From Mobula hypostoma (taxonomy: Eukaryota), in contig NC_086110.1 of assembly GCF_963921235.1 (NCBI RefSeq), positions 9,610,001 to 9,674,000 of the forward strand: DNA of 64,000 nucleotides, in the 5' to 3' direction. The notes beneath the pieces are model-generated. The model ran no database searches, was not told the DNA's origin, and worked only from the letters and a program-made list of their open reading frames with translations. A program made the position numbers and the translations under genes. This document shows positions 38,381 to 52,114 of this stretch, in pieces. Within the stretch, counting starts at the first letter, position 1. Every line of letters starts with the position of its first letter.

Positions 38381-40359
38381 TTACTCAGTTTGGATTGTCC
38401 GGGAGCCTTTTCGAGACTACAATTTCAGGATGCAAATGAAACTACTTGAAAGAGAATTTTTTACCTAATCCTATAAAGTATTAAGAAAGTGAAATGTAAT
38501 CTAAATTATTGTTTCCAATCCGCATTGACTGGGGAGTACAAGTGAGGAAATCGTGGATCCACTTTCACAAGGAGGCGTCGATACTTTTGTCTTGGAGCTT
38601 AATAATTAGGTTCAAATGAATGATGTTGAATATTGAGCAGTAGTCAATAATGAACACCATAGTCTGTGCCTATCCTTTATACGCGGCTTTCGGAGGCCAT
38701 ATCTAGACTTCTTCTAATTTCCAGAGTTGCCAGACCTTAACGCCACCGGTCTAGACCTCAGCAGATTGCGGATCCTTTGACTTGTCCAGGAGTTCTAGTT
38801 GCGGAAGACACTGAAAGATTTTGTGTGAGCACACTCGCCCCCGAGTGTCTTTATAAAGACCGTGACAACCGTTGCGTATTCTACATCCTCTGATGAATCG
38901 CAGCGTGCAGATCGCAGATGGCAAACGACAGCAATTCAGAAAATTTATTTCTTGTAATTTTTGAACTGTGCAAAACGTCGGGGTATATCGCGTGCGCCAT
39001 CTTGTTTAATTTACAAATAGATTATTCAGTTAATTTTATTCACAGAATGGTGTAGAACCCTACAGAACTGCAACTGGAACTTTATGCTCAAGTCTGACTG
39101 AATACTGACACGAAGTATTGCTCTCTATGAATTGGGATTAATTGGGCTTGGTTATACTCTTCAGAATTTCAAAAGAATGAAAGGCGATGTCGTTGAATTA
39201 TGCTTTCGGAGCCTGAATAGGTAAATGTCAAGATGATATGCTCGCCGGCTGTGTTTTCCAGTACGAGGTATCGCAGTTTCGAAAGCAGAAGGAACGTTCG
39301 AATCGGAAAAAGGAAGTGCATTCACCTTCATGTATAATTTTTTTTTACGTATCTCACTGTCACATTGTTGTGATAATAGTCGCGTATATTCTGAACTTCG
39401 ATGGGCAGTTTATAAATTACTGTTTTCAATGGATGCAGAATTAATGTGTTGAGCCTGGAGAAGCTTTTATAACCAAAGTTTATAACCAAGTTCTAAGGAA
39501 AGGAGGGTATCAAAATGAGAGATTGCTGGTGAATCGTTCCTCGCAAATTTTGCCTCACCAGTTTAGTATTTCTAACAAGGATTTTAACATTAACTCTGAA
39601 TTAAGTTACCATTATCCTTGATTTCTTCATATAAATTAAATCTAAACCAATCGGTTTGGTTATATTCGGCTGAACGTGCGTTTCAGCACATGGAATAAAC
39701 GGATCAACTGATGAAGCATTTTGTATCTTCGTGCAAAAAGACCACCACAGCATTCTGGCCTTTTTCGAAAAGTGCGGGGGGAAAATCGCGCCTCAAAGTG
39801 TCACACAATGACAGTCTCGAACAAAAGTGAGTATGAGAACTACAAGCGATATTTCATGCCAGCAATATGCATACGGGAGGTCCTCACTGGCCGGAAAAAT
39901 AATTAGTTAAGCCAAACGTTAAAAAAAAACTGTGACTGCAGAAGCCAGAGTCTCTGCGCCGCGCAATTCAAATTTCAACACCTCTGAGCCACCTCAATAT
40001 ACTGTACATACCATTGTCCAGCTGAATAAATTTTCAACAATCCAAAATAATCATGATATCACCAGCACAAAATAACCATCGAAGAACGGAACAATGCAGT
40101 TATTCTTCCAGACTTACACGTAGACTGTAGTGTATAATATTATGCATACACACCACAGTCGTTCGCTTATTCTACTTCAACACGGTCCCGCAAAACAGCG
40201 ACCACTATCTCTAAGGAGAGTGGCGGCAGTGGCAAAGAAACGTCGCTGTTTTCGGAATACTGTACACTTATATATCTGGTGTTTCGTCATGATATTGAGA
40301 AAGTCCTTGTAGACAATAGTGAACTGTACTCTGGAATAGCTTTCACCAGATAGACCGAC

Positions 40360-41850
40360 GGTACACTCAATATGTCGTTTCTATTTCCTACCGATCATCC
40401 ACAAACCTAAAATTCCGGGTGAGCCTACTGTTTCTGCGTGTTCCTGTCAAATTGAACATGTGCCCACAACCCTGACTCCATCTCATACCCTTGATCAGTC
40501 CCTCCCCCCACCCCACTACATCCGAGCCACTTCACATGCTCTCGATATTCTTAAGTACTTTGAATGCTTTGGCCCTGATCGCCCCATTTCACCATGGATT
40601 TCCAATCCCTGTAAATTTCTATTCACCGTTAAGAAGCCCTTAAACATAGAACATAGAATAGTACAGCACAATGCAGGCCCTTCGGCCCACAATGTTGTGC
40701 CGACCCTGAAACCCTGCCTCTCATATAACCCTCCACATTAAATTCCTCCATATACCCTTCTAGTAGTCTCTTAAATTTCACTAGTGTATCTGCCTCCACC
40801 ACTGACTCAGGCAGTGCATTCCACGCAGCAACCACTCTCTGAGTAAACAATCTTCTTTTAATATCCCCCTTGAACTACCCACCCCTTACCTTCAAGACAT
40901 ATTCTCAACTTCTTTCTTGACAACAGCCCCGACTATTTCCGTCATCACTACCTCCTCTGCCTGGTAGAACAGCTCCTAAGCCTCAACAATTTCTCTCCCA
41001 CTTTCTCCAAACTCAAGTTGCAGCCATAGGCACCCGAATGTGCCCCTGCTGTACCTGCCTTTTCGGTGGCTACGTGTTCCAAACATCCCCTTGTAATGCT
41101 TCTCAATTCTTTCAACGCTGCATTGACGACTGTTTTGATGATTGATTGATTCATGCATCCATGCTGAACATATCAATTTAATCAGCTTTGCTTCAAACTC
41201 TGACCTTAAACTCACTTTGTCCATTTCCGACACCTTCTTCCTTTCCTCAGCCGGTGCTCAACCCATCTTCCTGGTTCTGTGACGAGGATAGAATTGTCAC
41301 CAGTCATCCCAAGTGCCTCTGAATACAACCTATCATTCTCTGCAACTTGCAATTTCTTCAACCCTACCACCAAACACACAGCAACACTTCACCTGCGAAT
41401 ATGTTTGGGTCGTCTACAGTATTGGGTGTTCTTGATGAGGCTTCCTCTACATTGCTGAGTCCCGACGTAGATTGGGAAGCCGCTTGACCGAGACCATCAG
41501 CTCCATCCGCAAAAGAAGCAGGATTTCCCGCTGGCCAACCATTTCAATTCCTGTCCCACTTCCTATTCAGACATGTCGGTTATTGACCTCCATTTCTGCC
41601 ATGATGAGGCCACCCCAGTCTGGAGGATCAACACCTCATATTCCCTCTAGCTAGGGACCAAACTGATATGTGATTTCTTCTGACATCATGCCGCTTGTAT
41701 TCCACCCCGTCCCCATCCTCTTAATCTGGCATCAGTCCCCTTTCTTTCCAGTCCTGATGAGGGGTTTCGGCCCAAAATATCGACTCTTTAGTCATTTCCA
41801 TAGATGCTGCCTGAGATGTTGTGTTCCTCCAGCATTTGGGCGCGTTAAAA
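40360..41850 (+). mobile_element. Decayed Penelope-like element fragments, with a CR1 3' fragment at about 40640-40880
   Basis: Similar to the RT, GIY-YIG and pLTR parts of 11347-14952; degenerate core cctgatgaggggtttcggcccaaaa at about 41752-41777. Confidence 0.75.
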
Positions 41851-42319
41851 TGCCTATGTTGTTAAGGACAATAGAAATGGGAAAATAAGCCATGGTCTCC
41901 AAGAATAGATCTAAAAAGAGCAATAATTTTGTGTTTGTGCAACAACGAATATATATTTCATTTTAAATGAGTCTTTCCAAACACCGTTTGCAAATCTGAA
42001 ATAATTCATATGTTTTCCTATTGAACGTCTCTTTCTGTTGTAATGGATTTGATGCATGGATTCACAAAACAAAACGAAATAATTCAGGAACAATGTCAGA
42101 GTTATCTTAAGTTCGTGGTTAATTTCAAGTTAATTATCATCCGACTGTTTATATTTACAAGCAGCTTTCATCTGGACCACAGTGCACTCACAATTCACAT
42201 GTAATATACAGCACATAAAACACATACCACAAATACGTTAATAAAATGTAATTCAAAACGCATTTGATTTGCACAACACACGTAAAAAGTAAACGGTAAA
42301 CAATTCGCTACCCTGGTGA

Positions 42320-42950
42320 CGAGACCTCGATTGTGGCAGGGTATTAATTAGCCTCACAGCGTTGGAAAAGAAGCTGATACCCAGTCTAGCCTGACGCTCC
42401 TATACCTGCATTGTGAAGCCAATATGTCAAAGACATTGTGGAATAACATCCTCAGCATAGCTTCGTGCTCTACATGTACCACGTCTCCGATAAATACCAT
42501 AAATTAGCATAGATAGCATAAATTGGGGTGTGTGTATTGTGGGGGGGGGGGGGGGGACCGTGGTGATCCTCTCAGCGGGTTTTATTATCCTCTGTAAGGT
42601 CTTGTGGCCCGATGCCTTACATTTTCCGTGCTATACAATGATGCAACCAGAAAGGACAGTCTCATTGGTGGTCTTGGAGAAAGTTGTTTGAATAGGGGCG
42701 TGGAGACTTGAAAGCCTCAGTCTTTTTGTGTCTTCTTGAATAATGAGAAGGTGTTATGGGTTCAGGTTAGTTCCTCCGTCATGTGCAGCCGAGGAATATT
42801 GTACTCTTCACTTTCTCCATTGAAGAGGAACCTCTTTACTGGTGGGAGTAGAAACCTCCAAAATTGCCTGAATTTTTGCCTGAACAGGAGCCAACCTACC
42901 TTGACGCAAAACGTAACCAAGATAGGTCACAGTGGCATGGCCACATTCAC
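42320..42950 (-). mobile_element. Rex/Babar/L2-like LINE fragment
   Basis: Resembles the other Rex-type fragments (vdfr...ssf.flg-type region); degenerate. Confidence 0.5.
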
Positions 42951-42956
42951 TTTTAG

Positions 42957-44340
42957 CTAAGTTAACAGTAAGGTTGGCTTTTCAGAGCCTTTCAAACAGC
43001 TTTTCCACTGCAGAGATATGTACTTCCCTGTGACTAAGTCATCAATATAGGCATCTGTGTGTTTTAACCTTTGAATTACATAATTAATCATTCTCTGGAA
43101 AGTTCCTGGAGCATTCTTCACTTCAAATTGCAGAACATTGTATTCATATAACCCAGATGGCGTTACAAATGCAGAAATTTCTCTACCTTTATCCGTCAAT
43201 GGAATACACCGGTACACTTTTAACAGATCAGTCTTTGTAAGAAACTTAGCTTTTCCAACCTTATCCACACAATCATCTACCCTAGGCTTTTGTTAGAGCA
43301 CTTACCTTTCTGTAATCAGTACAAAACATCTGGTTTAGGCACCATGACACAAGGCGAACTTCACTCCGAAGTAGAAGGCATAATAAAATCATTTTCTAAC
43401 ATACACTTAATTTCTTGCTCGGCAAGAGTACATTTTTCCACGTTCATTCGATATGAATGTTGCTTTATGGGTTTGGCGTTTTCAACCTCTACATCATGTG
43501 AGGCTACAGTGTTTTTTTTTGGAACGTATGGAAATAAATCCCTAAATTTCATAATTAACTGCTTTATTTGCTGCCGCTGCTGTGGCTGCAAATGAGCCAA
43601 TTTCTCATCAATATTTTCCAAAATTGTCGAATTTGTTAGACTGGCAGAAATAATGTTTGGTTTAAAATCAGCCTCAGATGGACCAACTACCAAGTTCCCA
43701 GGGAGGTCAGACTCATTGTTATTGAGACCAACAGTCATAGCGGCGGATTGTTTTTCATAATATAGTTTTATCATGTTTACATGACAAAGCTGCTTTGGCC
43801 TTTGTCGATCTGGTATTTTTACCAAATAGTCCACATTATTAACTTTAGATATTATCTCTTAAGAACCATGAAATTTAGCTTGAAAAGGGTTCGCTTACAC
43901 AGGGAATAGAGCCAGCATCTTATCTCCCGGCTTGAATGACCTCATTCTAGCTTCCTTTTCATACTAAGTTTTCATTCTTTCCTGAGCAAATTTTAAATTT
44001 TCCCTTGCTAAGCTGCAAGTTTTTTGCAATATTTCCTTAGATTTTAAGAAACAATCCAGCAAATTACTATGTAGTGTTGTGTTAACCCACTGTTCTTTTA
44101 ACAATTGCAAAGGTCCTCGGACTCTGTGCCCTAACACAGGTTCAAAGGGACTAAAGCCTAGGGACTCCTGCACTGACTTCCGTACTGTAAATAAAAGCAA
44201 ATGAACTCCCTCATCCCAATCCTTCTCATTTTCAACACAACACGTCCTAATCATGGTTCTGAGGATAGAATGGAACTTTTCTAAGGCTCCTTGTGATTCT
44301 GGATCGTACGCAGGCGAGGTAATCTGCTTGGCTCCCAATA
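42957..44340 (-). mobile_element. Gypsy-type LTR retrotransposon pol fragment with integrase upstream of RT (Gmr1-like)
   Basis: 5' to 3' on minus strand: integrase (SPAYDPESQGALEKFH), integrase tail (HVNMIKLY), RT N-terminus (KPIKQHSYRM), RT (LTKTDLLKVY...FVTPSGLYEY...KNAPGTFQR...YIDD). Confidence 0.88.
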
Positions 44341-44819
44341 AACTACCTGCTAGAATAATCCAGGCATAAAATTTCTTCCTTGATTTGACTGGATTTCTTT
44401 AGATAACCCACAAACAAACAAAAGGAAACATGTAGAATTTAGGAAAACACGTGTTGCAATATATAATAGAAACAAAAAAGTTAAATAATCATTTCCAAAC
44501 AAGCATTTACATAGTTTCATTGCATAAAACGCAGATGTAGGGAACACTACGCAAATTTTTAAAAATATGGATTTTCTGTTGATTGCACCCTTCAAGCTTT
44601 GAAGTGACCTTTGGTGTTCAACACTAGAACTTTTTAGGCTGTTGTAATATACATCCTAAATTTTGGTATTTCAGAGCATGACGGGGCCACATTCCACATG
44701 TTACACAAATAAACTGTTCAACTTCGTTAAAGCTGGTAGACAAACAAAAATAGCTAAATATATACACCTTAAATGTTGCTACCATTTATAATCTTATCTG
44801 TACTTTCATAGACTGATAC

Positions 44820-45410
44820 TGTCACCAGGTTCGGATAAGGCCCAAGTGTGGAGTGAGAGACACTGAAGCAGGTCGATAGTTCACAGACTTTCATGCAAAC
44901 AGTGTTAAAAGGAAAAGAAAATAATAAACGCTAGACCAAGCAGGACCGTTAACTAAATCTCTCAAATGGAAAGCGAAGCCTACACTGTAAAGAAAGCCTA
45001 CACTGAAAAGAAAAACTAAGAATAAAAGCTTACGGGTAGTCTTCAGAGTCTGTTGACTCGACAGCTCAATTTCTCAGGAAAGGCGGAATACAAGCAGGCA
45101 ACGAAGCGTTGCTGTGTCCAAGTCTCGACAAATACTACGCCGGAATGAATAGAGTTAAATACTATCACTATGAAATAATAATTAGCTGACACGTGCATAT
45201 TCACGAACGCAATTGCCGTATCTGCTGCGCTGCCGAATCCATAGTTGGGACAGGGCCGCCCTCTCTAGGCGCAGCCCCTGAGGTGCCACAGACCTGTGTC
45301 TGCTGGAAGTCCCGAATGAGGGACTTGTCCAAGATGCCCTTCAGTGATGCTAGTAGACAAGTGCCATCGTGTACATTGCTAACATCAGAGTCAAAGTCTT
45401 CCATGTAGGG
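44820..45410 (-). mobile_element. Gypsy 3' end: integrase/chromodomain-like tail, PPT and 3' LTR (about 45252-44820)
   Basis: KGILDKSLIRDF...GAAPREGG followed by purine tract agagagggcggccc then TGTC...TGACA. Confidence 0.65.
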
Positions 45411-46656
45411 ACAGAAACAAGAGCTTATACAGAGGTAGCTCTACCAAATGATACCATGAGTCGAATCATTCTCAAAATACGGAGCCTCTGCTTGCACCTA
45501 ACTGGGCATCTGCTTTAAGGATAAAACTAACACAGAATTCCTGATCCTATCAAAATCAACTGAATAAACTTAAATTGAAAACACCCGAAAACTGTATTAG
45601 AAAGAGCGAGTTGCTTGAGGAAAGCACAAGAAACTCTTAAACCATAAATAACTGTTGTTAAACTACAATTAACCAATTCAGGTGCTCTAAAAATCTCAGA
45701 GCCCAATGCTCTGATGCCCTGCCAGGCCTGAAGTAGTTACTACAGGATCCTCCTCCCTATAGCTGGCCCCTGATGGCCCAGAACGACCTGAAAACTCGAG
45801 ATCCAGGGATGACCCGAGATATCTGGGAACTTGAGAGGGAGGCATGGGGAACTCGAGAGGTAGGGAGCCTTGGGGATCCAGAAAGACTGCGAGACCTGGG
45901 AACCCCAACAGACTGAGAGATCAGAAAACCTCGAGTAAGATCAAGAAGCCTTGGGTGGGACCGAGAGGGAGACTTGGGCGTCCTAGAGATGGGGAGGACG
46001 TTGAAAAACCCTGAACACATTGAATAAGCCTTGGAAACAATCGGAAGCATAAAAACCTTGGGAACATAGAAAAGTCCTTGGGAAAACTTGAAAACATGAA
46101 ACTTGAAACATAGAGAAGGAAACTTTTCAAATCTTACTCACAGTAATTTACCTTTCACAATTTTTTTCCAGCGGGAATTTGGATATGCTGTCAATTTTAC
46201 AGATCAAGGCAGCAGTATTATTATGATATGTTAAACGGGTTTACCCAAAATAGAGATACGGACTAACTTATGCAATAATATACTGAATACTCCGTACGTT
46301 AAGGCATTGCGTCAACCAAGCAAGCTTTTAAACATGTCAATATTGGTCTTGAATGACTGTTTTAAAATGCACGGCAGCTTCCGAAACGAAATGATTCTAT
46401 TGAATGCAAAAAAAAGTAGTTATCTGAGTACATTTTCAAGACGACATACAAATGTAATTTAATTTACGTAATTTCAGTACATACAATAAAATGCATAAAT
46501 AAATTAATTGATGACAAATACTTCTCTGAACATGATTTGAATCATTCATTGAGACTGGCCAACTGCATAATTTGTATCGTTAATTCTGTCCAGATCACAC
46601 TATCCATTGAATGGCCACAATTTACGGCGATAAATGAATGCACGTACTGTATAAAC

Positions 46657-49600
46657 CTCACGACGATTCCCTTCCCTAAGACATTCTTCATTACCTGGAA
46701 CGAAGTACAATAACACGAAAATGCAGCACCATTGACTGAATTGTTAATGAAATAGTTATAAAGATGTTGATAGTAACACACACATTGCAGAATCTACATA
46801 ATTTCTTGCCCGGAAGATATTTATAGACAGATTTTTGTCTAACGGGTCACAGTGACGCAATAGTAATACCATTGCCTCACATTCGAGTAATCACATGTGT
46901 TCCTCTAAGGTGCTCTAGAATCCTCCCACATCGATAGTCATATAAGTTAGGTGAAGTGGTAACACTAAAAATCCTGGAATGTGTTATTGACAGGAGAATC
47001 GTGGCCGTACCTTGTTACAGGGATATAAATTGGAGCGTAGGATCAATAAGCATCCTCTGATATCAAGCTGAAAACATAATGCACCGAATGTATTAGTATC
47101 TATTTGAGTAACTACAAAATTTGATAAAAATTCCAAACATCTTTTGTTTCAACCAATTTCATTTTCTTGTTCCGGAAATGAAAATAATTGTTTGTGATAC
47201 CAACGGAATATAGGGCTAGAAAATGGGAATAGATTATTAACATCACGTGATAGTCTTCCATTCACGACGCAGTAAGTTCTCTCTGTTTATAGTTCTAATG
47301 TCACATATCCGACATTTGCATTTATGGTTAATCTGTTTGGATCTAGGATGGCTTTTTTTCACTTTTGGTTGAGTATTTTATGAGGTATCTGATTAACTAA
47401 TGTCGGTTTCGTATAGTATGCGGCAGGTTGGCAAAATGTGCTTTACTGCAGTTGGTGTGCTCCTTTCATCATATTGCCTTGGTTCCATCTGCTGCCATGT
47501 GCGAGGACTCACGCTGAATTTCAAAATGATCCTCTACGTTTTGGTATGGGTCGAAGGAGTCACAGGACACGGTCTAAGTCCTCTTCAATTTCTGGCCGAG
47601 AATAAAATGCCCAGTTTCTGTTAAATATCTGAAATACGTGGCCCAGGCATTGAAAGCCGCACAGATTATTTAAGCTCCAGTACGATTGTGCTGTCCTGGA
47701 AGAGGTCGTTGAAATAGTTTTCGCTTTGTCCATCTTGTGGATTTAGAAGATGCTCTTTAAATTTTACCCTTACTTCCCTGCTTTCGGCACCGCGTCCAAA
47801 GGATGATCGTCAGCACCAGAATCGCAAGTCCTCCAAATGCACAAACGGTCACTCAAGTGGAAAGGCATTTGCCAGAGGAATCTGAGGTTAGGAAAACATA
47901 CGTCATGGAAGCTGTGAAGTCAATACATAAGTCTATTTTTTTGAGAGGAAGTACGGTAAAAGGTGGCTGCTGGTGTTTATGGCATGCTGTGTGTGAATAA
48001 GTGGATGTCAGCAACACAGAGAAACGTAAAAATAAGAGAAGAACTTAAAAAACAGAGCGTCTTGTTCAGCAAAATATACCCTATGTTATTCTAATATTGG
48101 TTAGAAGAATTATGTTGAATTGATCTGAGGTTTGCTGTAGCTCAAGTTTGCTTGAATGCACGTTATATGCATATGATCGGTGGACAGGAAATGATCTAAT
48201 GTACCTTAAGCCACCTTCCCATTACGAGATTGATAATTTATTAACCTATAGGTTGTAGTGTCATAAGCTCTCTTCTTCACAATCTTTCATTTCATTTAGA
48301 AATATGTATTGGAAATTTCCAGAAGTGAGAGCAGAAGTGACCTGTCTGCACACCGGTAGGAGTCTATCTCTGCGTGTGTGTGTGTGTGTACGCGCGCGTG
48401 CTTGAGAGAATCTGGAGGTAAAACAGAAACTTCTTCAAAGTTCAACTGAAAGGACGATTTCACTGGTAAAGAATGATATCGTGTGGTTTTAATATGTTAC
48501 GCAGAAGAAACACACGGGAGGAAACGCAAATTATTAAAATATATAAACTTGTTTCCCAATTTTGTAGAACATATCAAAGAATTTAGATGTAAACTACAGG
48601 CACAGAGCAATGCTTTTGCTGCTGTCGGTTGTGCAACACGTGGAATTCCATGTTAAATAAAAGCCCTTCAACAATACGCAGTATTTAAAATTTTCAATGA
48701 AATAAGGTGAATTTTCCTCGAGGTTACTAACAAATGGTGATATTATTTTGTATATGTATTCGAGAAAATAACAAGAAATGGTATCTTACCTGGTTCGATT
48801 TGGAAATAGAATAGATGGCTACCGCTGAAGCAATGAGGGAGACTTGAGATACCAAACAGGTATAATTTGTGTCGATCTGAGGTGGCTGCATCTCTGTCAA
48901 TTTGCTCAAAATTCATAAAGGACCTCCATGTTCTTCCATATCATGGTCAGTATACCCAATCTATTTCTATGCCATTTTAATACCAGCTAACTGAGCGGTC
49001 CTTGAGTAAAAGGCAGCTGTTTCACACACGAGAATGAAAGTTGTAGCTGTAGTATTTTTCGCAAAAATCTTCAGTGGAGTTGGAACAGTTACAGAAGAGA
49101 AAATGCTAATGGGCGTTTCGATATTGAAACATTTTCCTTAAGTTACCCTTATTCCATTAACTATGATGGTTGCATTTCGGAATCTAATTAAACGAATCAC
49201 CCGAGAGAGAGAGACTCCATATTTGTTTGACACAGATAGCGACGAGTAAACTGAGTTGAATTGAATTGAATTGACTTTATTACTCACATCTTTCATAACG
49301 AGTAAAAATCTTTACGTTATATCTCCGTCTAAATGTGCAATATATAATTTATAGTAATTTATAATAAATAGTATGTACAATAGGATAGTCAATATAACAT
49401 AGAAATACAGGTGTGTCAGCGTGAATTAATCAGTTTGATGGCCTGGTGGAAGAAGCTGTCCCGGAGCCTGTTGGTACTGGTTTTAATGCTGCGGTACCGT
49501 TTCCCCGATGGTGGCAGCTGGAACAGTTTATGGTTGGGGTGACTCGGGTCCCCAATGATCCTCCTGGGCCCTTTTTACCCACCTGTCTGTAAGTGTCCTG

Positions 49601-50603
49601 AATAATGAGAAGTTCACATCTACAGATGCGTTGGGCTGTCCATATCACTCTCTACAGAGTCTTGCGATTGAGAGAAGTATAGTTGCCATACCAGGCAGTA
49701 ATGCAGCCAGTCAGGATGCTCTCACATGTGCCGCTATAGAAAGGTCTTAGGATTTGGGGGACAATGCCAAATTTCTAAAGCCACCTGATGTGAAAGAGGC
49801 GCCTTTTTCACCACACAGCCGTAATGTACAGGCCAATTATTTGAAAAAGAGTAAATTATTGCTTTATAATAAAATAGTGTATGCAGAAGTGGGTAAAAAT
49901 AATATATCGTTTTCAAATTCGCCAACTAGTAGCACCATATCATTCGCAAACTACAGTATGTCTTTTATTGACGGAATGCTCGGTTCAGTTTTGAGATTTC
50001 CGCGCTCCGGTACACAATCCCAAGTAGCTGACGTGTCTTTTAAATCCTTTACACGCTGCCTTTTAAATCATTTTTGTTAATTCTATACTTCTATTGGAAT
50101 ATCAAACAGTAGATTAAACTGTCAGAGATTAGATTACAGAGGTAGGAGTATTGCAAATTGAGGTTTAATAGGGCAGTACCAAATAATGCGTTTTGGGAAT
50201 TCTTCAGGTGATAGGAATCATACAATAAATGCTGGGGTGCTACGTGGTGCTGTTCAGCACGGAAAGCTTGGTGACTCAAGCTCTTGTAAAGCGGCATCAC
50301 GCTGTACTTAACATTTTCAATTAATTCATGTGCATATTCCTAATAAGGTGCATATTTTCTCAAATCTTTATATATATATACACACATAGTATATTATCAC
50401 TAACAAATAATGCAACTCTGTCAAGTTGCTTGAAACTTCCGTGTGCGTCCTTATCCTGGTCTCTATGTCCAATCCTATTTCGATGCCATTTTTACACCAA
50501 ATAAGTGAGAGGTCCTTGGGATAAAAGGTTGTTGTTTCACACACGAGAATGAAAGTTGCAGCTGTAGTATTTGTTGCGAAAATATCCAATGGAGTTGGAG
50601 CAG
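46657..50603 (-). pseudogene. IgSF receptor copy 2 (decayed paralog): truncated C1 (50603-about 50420), C1 (49088-48790), TM (47881-47768), short exon (46694-46657)
   Basis: Exons and introns align with copy 1; the 49088 C1 has acceptor AG changed to AA and a 1-nt deletion; TM exon has in-frame TGA (47855-47853); no V exon or tail exon found. Confidence 0.85.
49255..49745 (-). mobile_element. Rex/Babar-like LINE 3' fragment between the two C1 exons of copy 2
   Basis: (aattg)n tail at about 49255-49275; TTRFRNSFFHQA-type sequence in reverse. Confidence 0.7.
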
Positions 50604-52114
50604 CTACGGAACAGAAAATGGGAAAAATGTTAAATGATTTTCATTAAATTAACCTCGGGTCCATTAATTAAGATGGTAAAATTTGAAGAAATGTTGTTGT
50701 TGTTATTATTATTATTATTATTATTAACTATATCAGCTTGTAATTCACGATCCAGATTCAAATTAGACGACGGCATTTGCTGTGTTTCACGAACTCAGCG
50801 ATAATAACGCGACTTGAAATATTCATATTGCATTTTTTTTGGAGTCCAGAGATTTAACCAAATCACCTCGAGAGAGGGTAACACGAAGAAACTCTAGATT
50901 TGTTTCACTCGGATAGTGACGAGTAAACTACAGTTTAATTATCTGAAAATGAGAAAGTAAGCTGCTTTATAATTAAATATCCTGGACAGAAGTGCCTGAA
51001 AGGAATATATCGTTTTCAATTTCGCGGATTGCAGCACCATGGCAATTACAAATTACAGTATGTCATTTATTGGATGAGTGTGTGGTTCAACTTTGAATTT
51101 TCCATGCTCCAGTACACAATGTCGAGTAGCTGACAGGCATTGTATTACACACTGCCTTTTAAATTCTTTACATTTATTCTATATTTCTTTGGGAATGTTA
51201 AACAGTAAAGTAAGCAGTCAGTGATTAGATTACAGAGGTAGAATAATTGTAAATTGGGGTTTTAAAGAGCAAGTGGCATGTAAGTATCTGGGAAGTCGTC
51301 AAGGTGCGGGAATCATAATAAATGCTGGGATGCTACGGGATGCTGTTTGGGATTCATGTTCCTGTAAAATGGCAACAAAAGATGTTGCAAAGTGCTTACT
51401 TTCATGGGTTATCAGATAAATTATAGAAGTTGGAATGTTATATGGGAATTTTTGCTTCAGATTGGTTAAACAGTATTTGCGTTAATCGAGACAGTCTGCT
51501 GTTTATGATATAGGAAGGATGTATTATGCCAGCAGGGGCGGGGAAGACTCAGCAAGCCGTTTTCTTGGATTGGGTGGATTTTGGTTATGAACAAGGATGG
51601 TATCGCCTGAGCTTCTTCCTCCGAACCAATGAGGTTAAGATTGACCTATGTGTCGAAGCCTGGAAAGACTTAATAGTTGCAACGTGGTAGGAAAATTAGA
51701 AGCAAGCCGTCGTATGTTTGGAAAAAGGGGAGGAATTTTCAAAAGGATTTGGGTGAGATTTGAGAGGAACTCAAAACGAATGGAGCTGGTGTAATCTGAA
51801 GCAGTTATACGATTAGGAGGCATTTGGACAGGGCTTAATAATGTAGGATGTTGATTGTAGTGGTAGTAAGATGGTGCAGATCCTCGATGTTTTAAGCACT
51901 AACTTCAAGAAATCAAAGTGCAGAGAGATCCCTACAGGAAATCGCAGAGTCTTCATGCTTCCCCACTGGGGTGTAGGGTAAAGGGCAGGACCTCCAGGGC
52001 TACGTCTCACGATTGCTACCCGTGCCCCGTGCTACTGATGCCAGAAATAGGAAGCTATACAGTGGCTAAGGAGTTGGTGTAGGAGGGAGGGCATAGGATT
52101 TTTAGATCATTGGA

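Noticed and set aside
39980-40260. TATA-like box and donor-like sites as the receptor's first exon
   Set aside because: Candidate ATG frames hit stops or are not hydrophobic; motifs this short are expected by chance
46848-46880. cacagtg heptamer as a possible V(D)J recombination signal
   Set aside because: No nonamer at 12 or 23 spacing; lies within a SINE head
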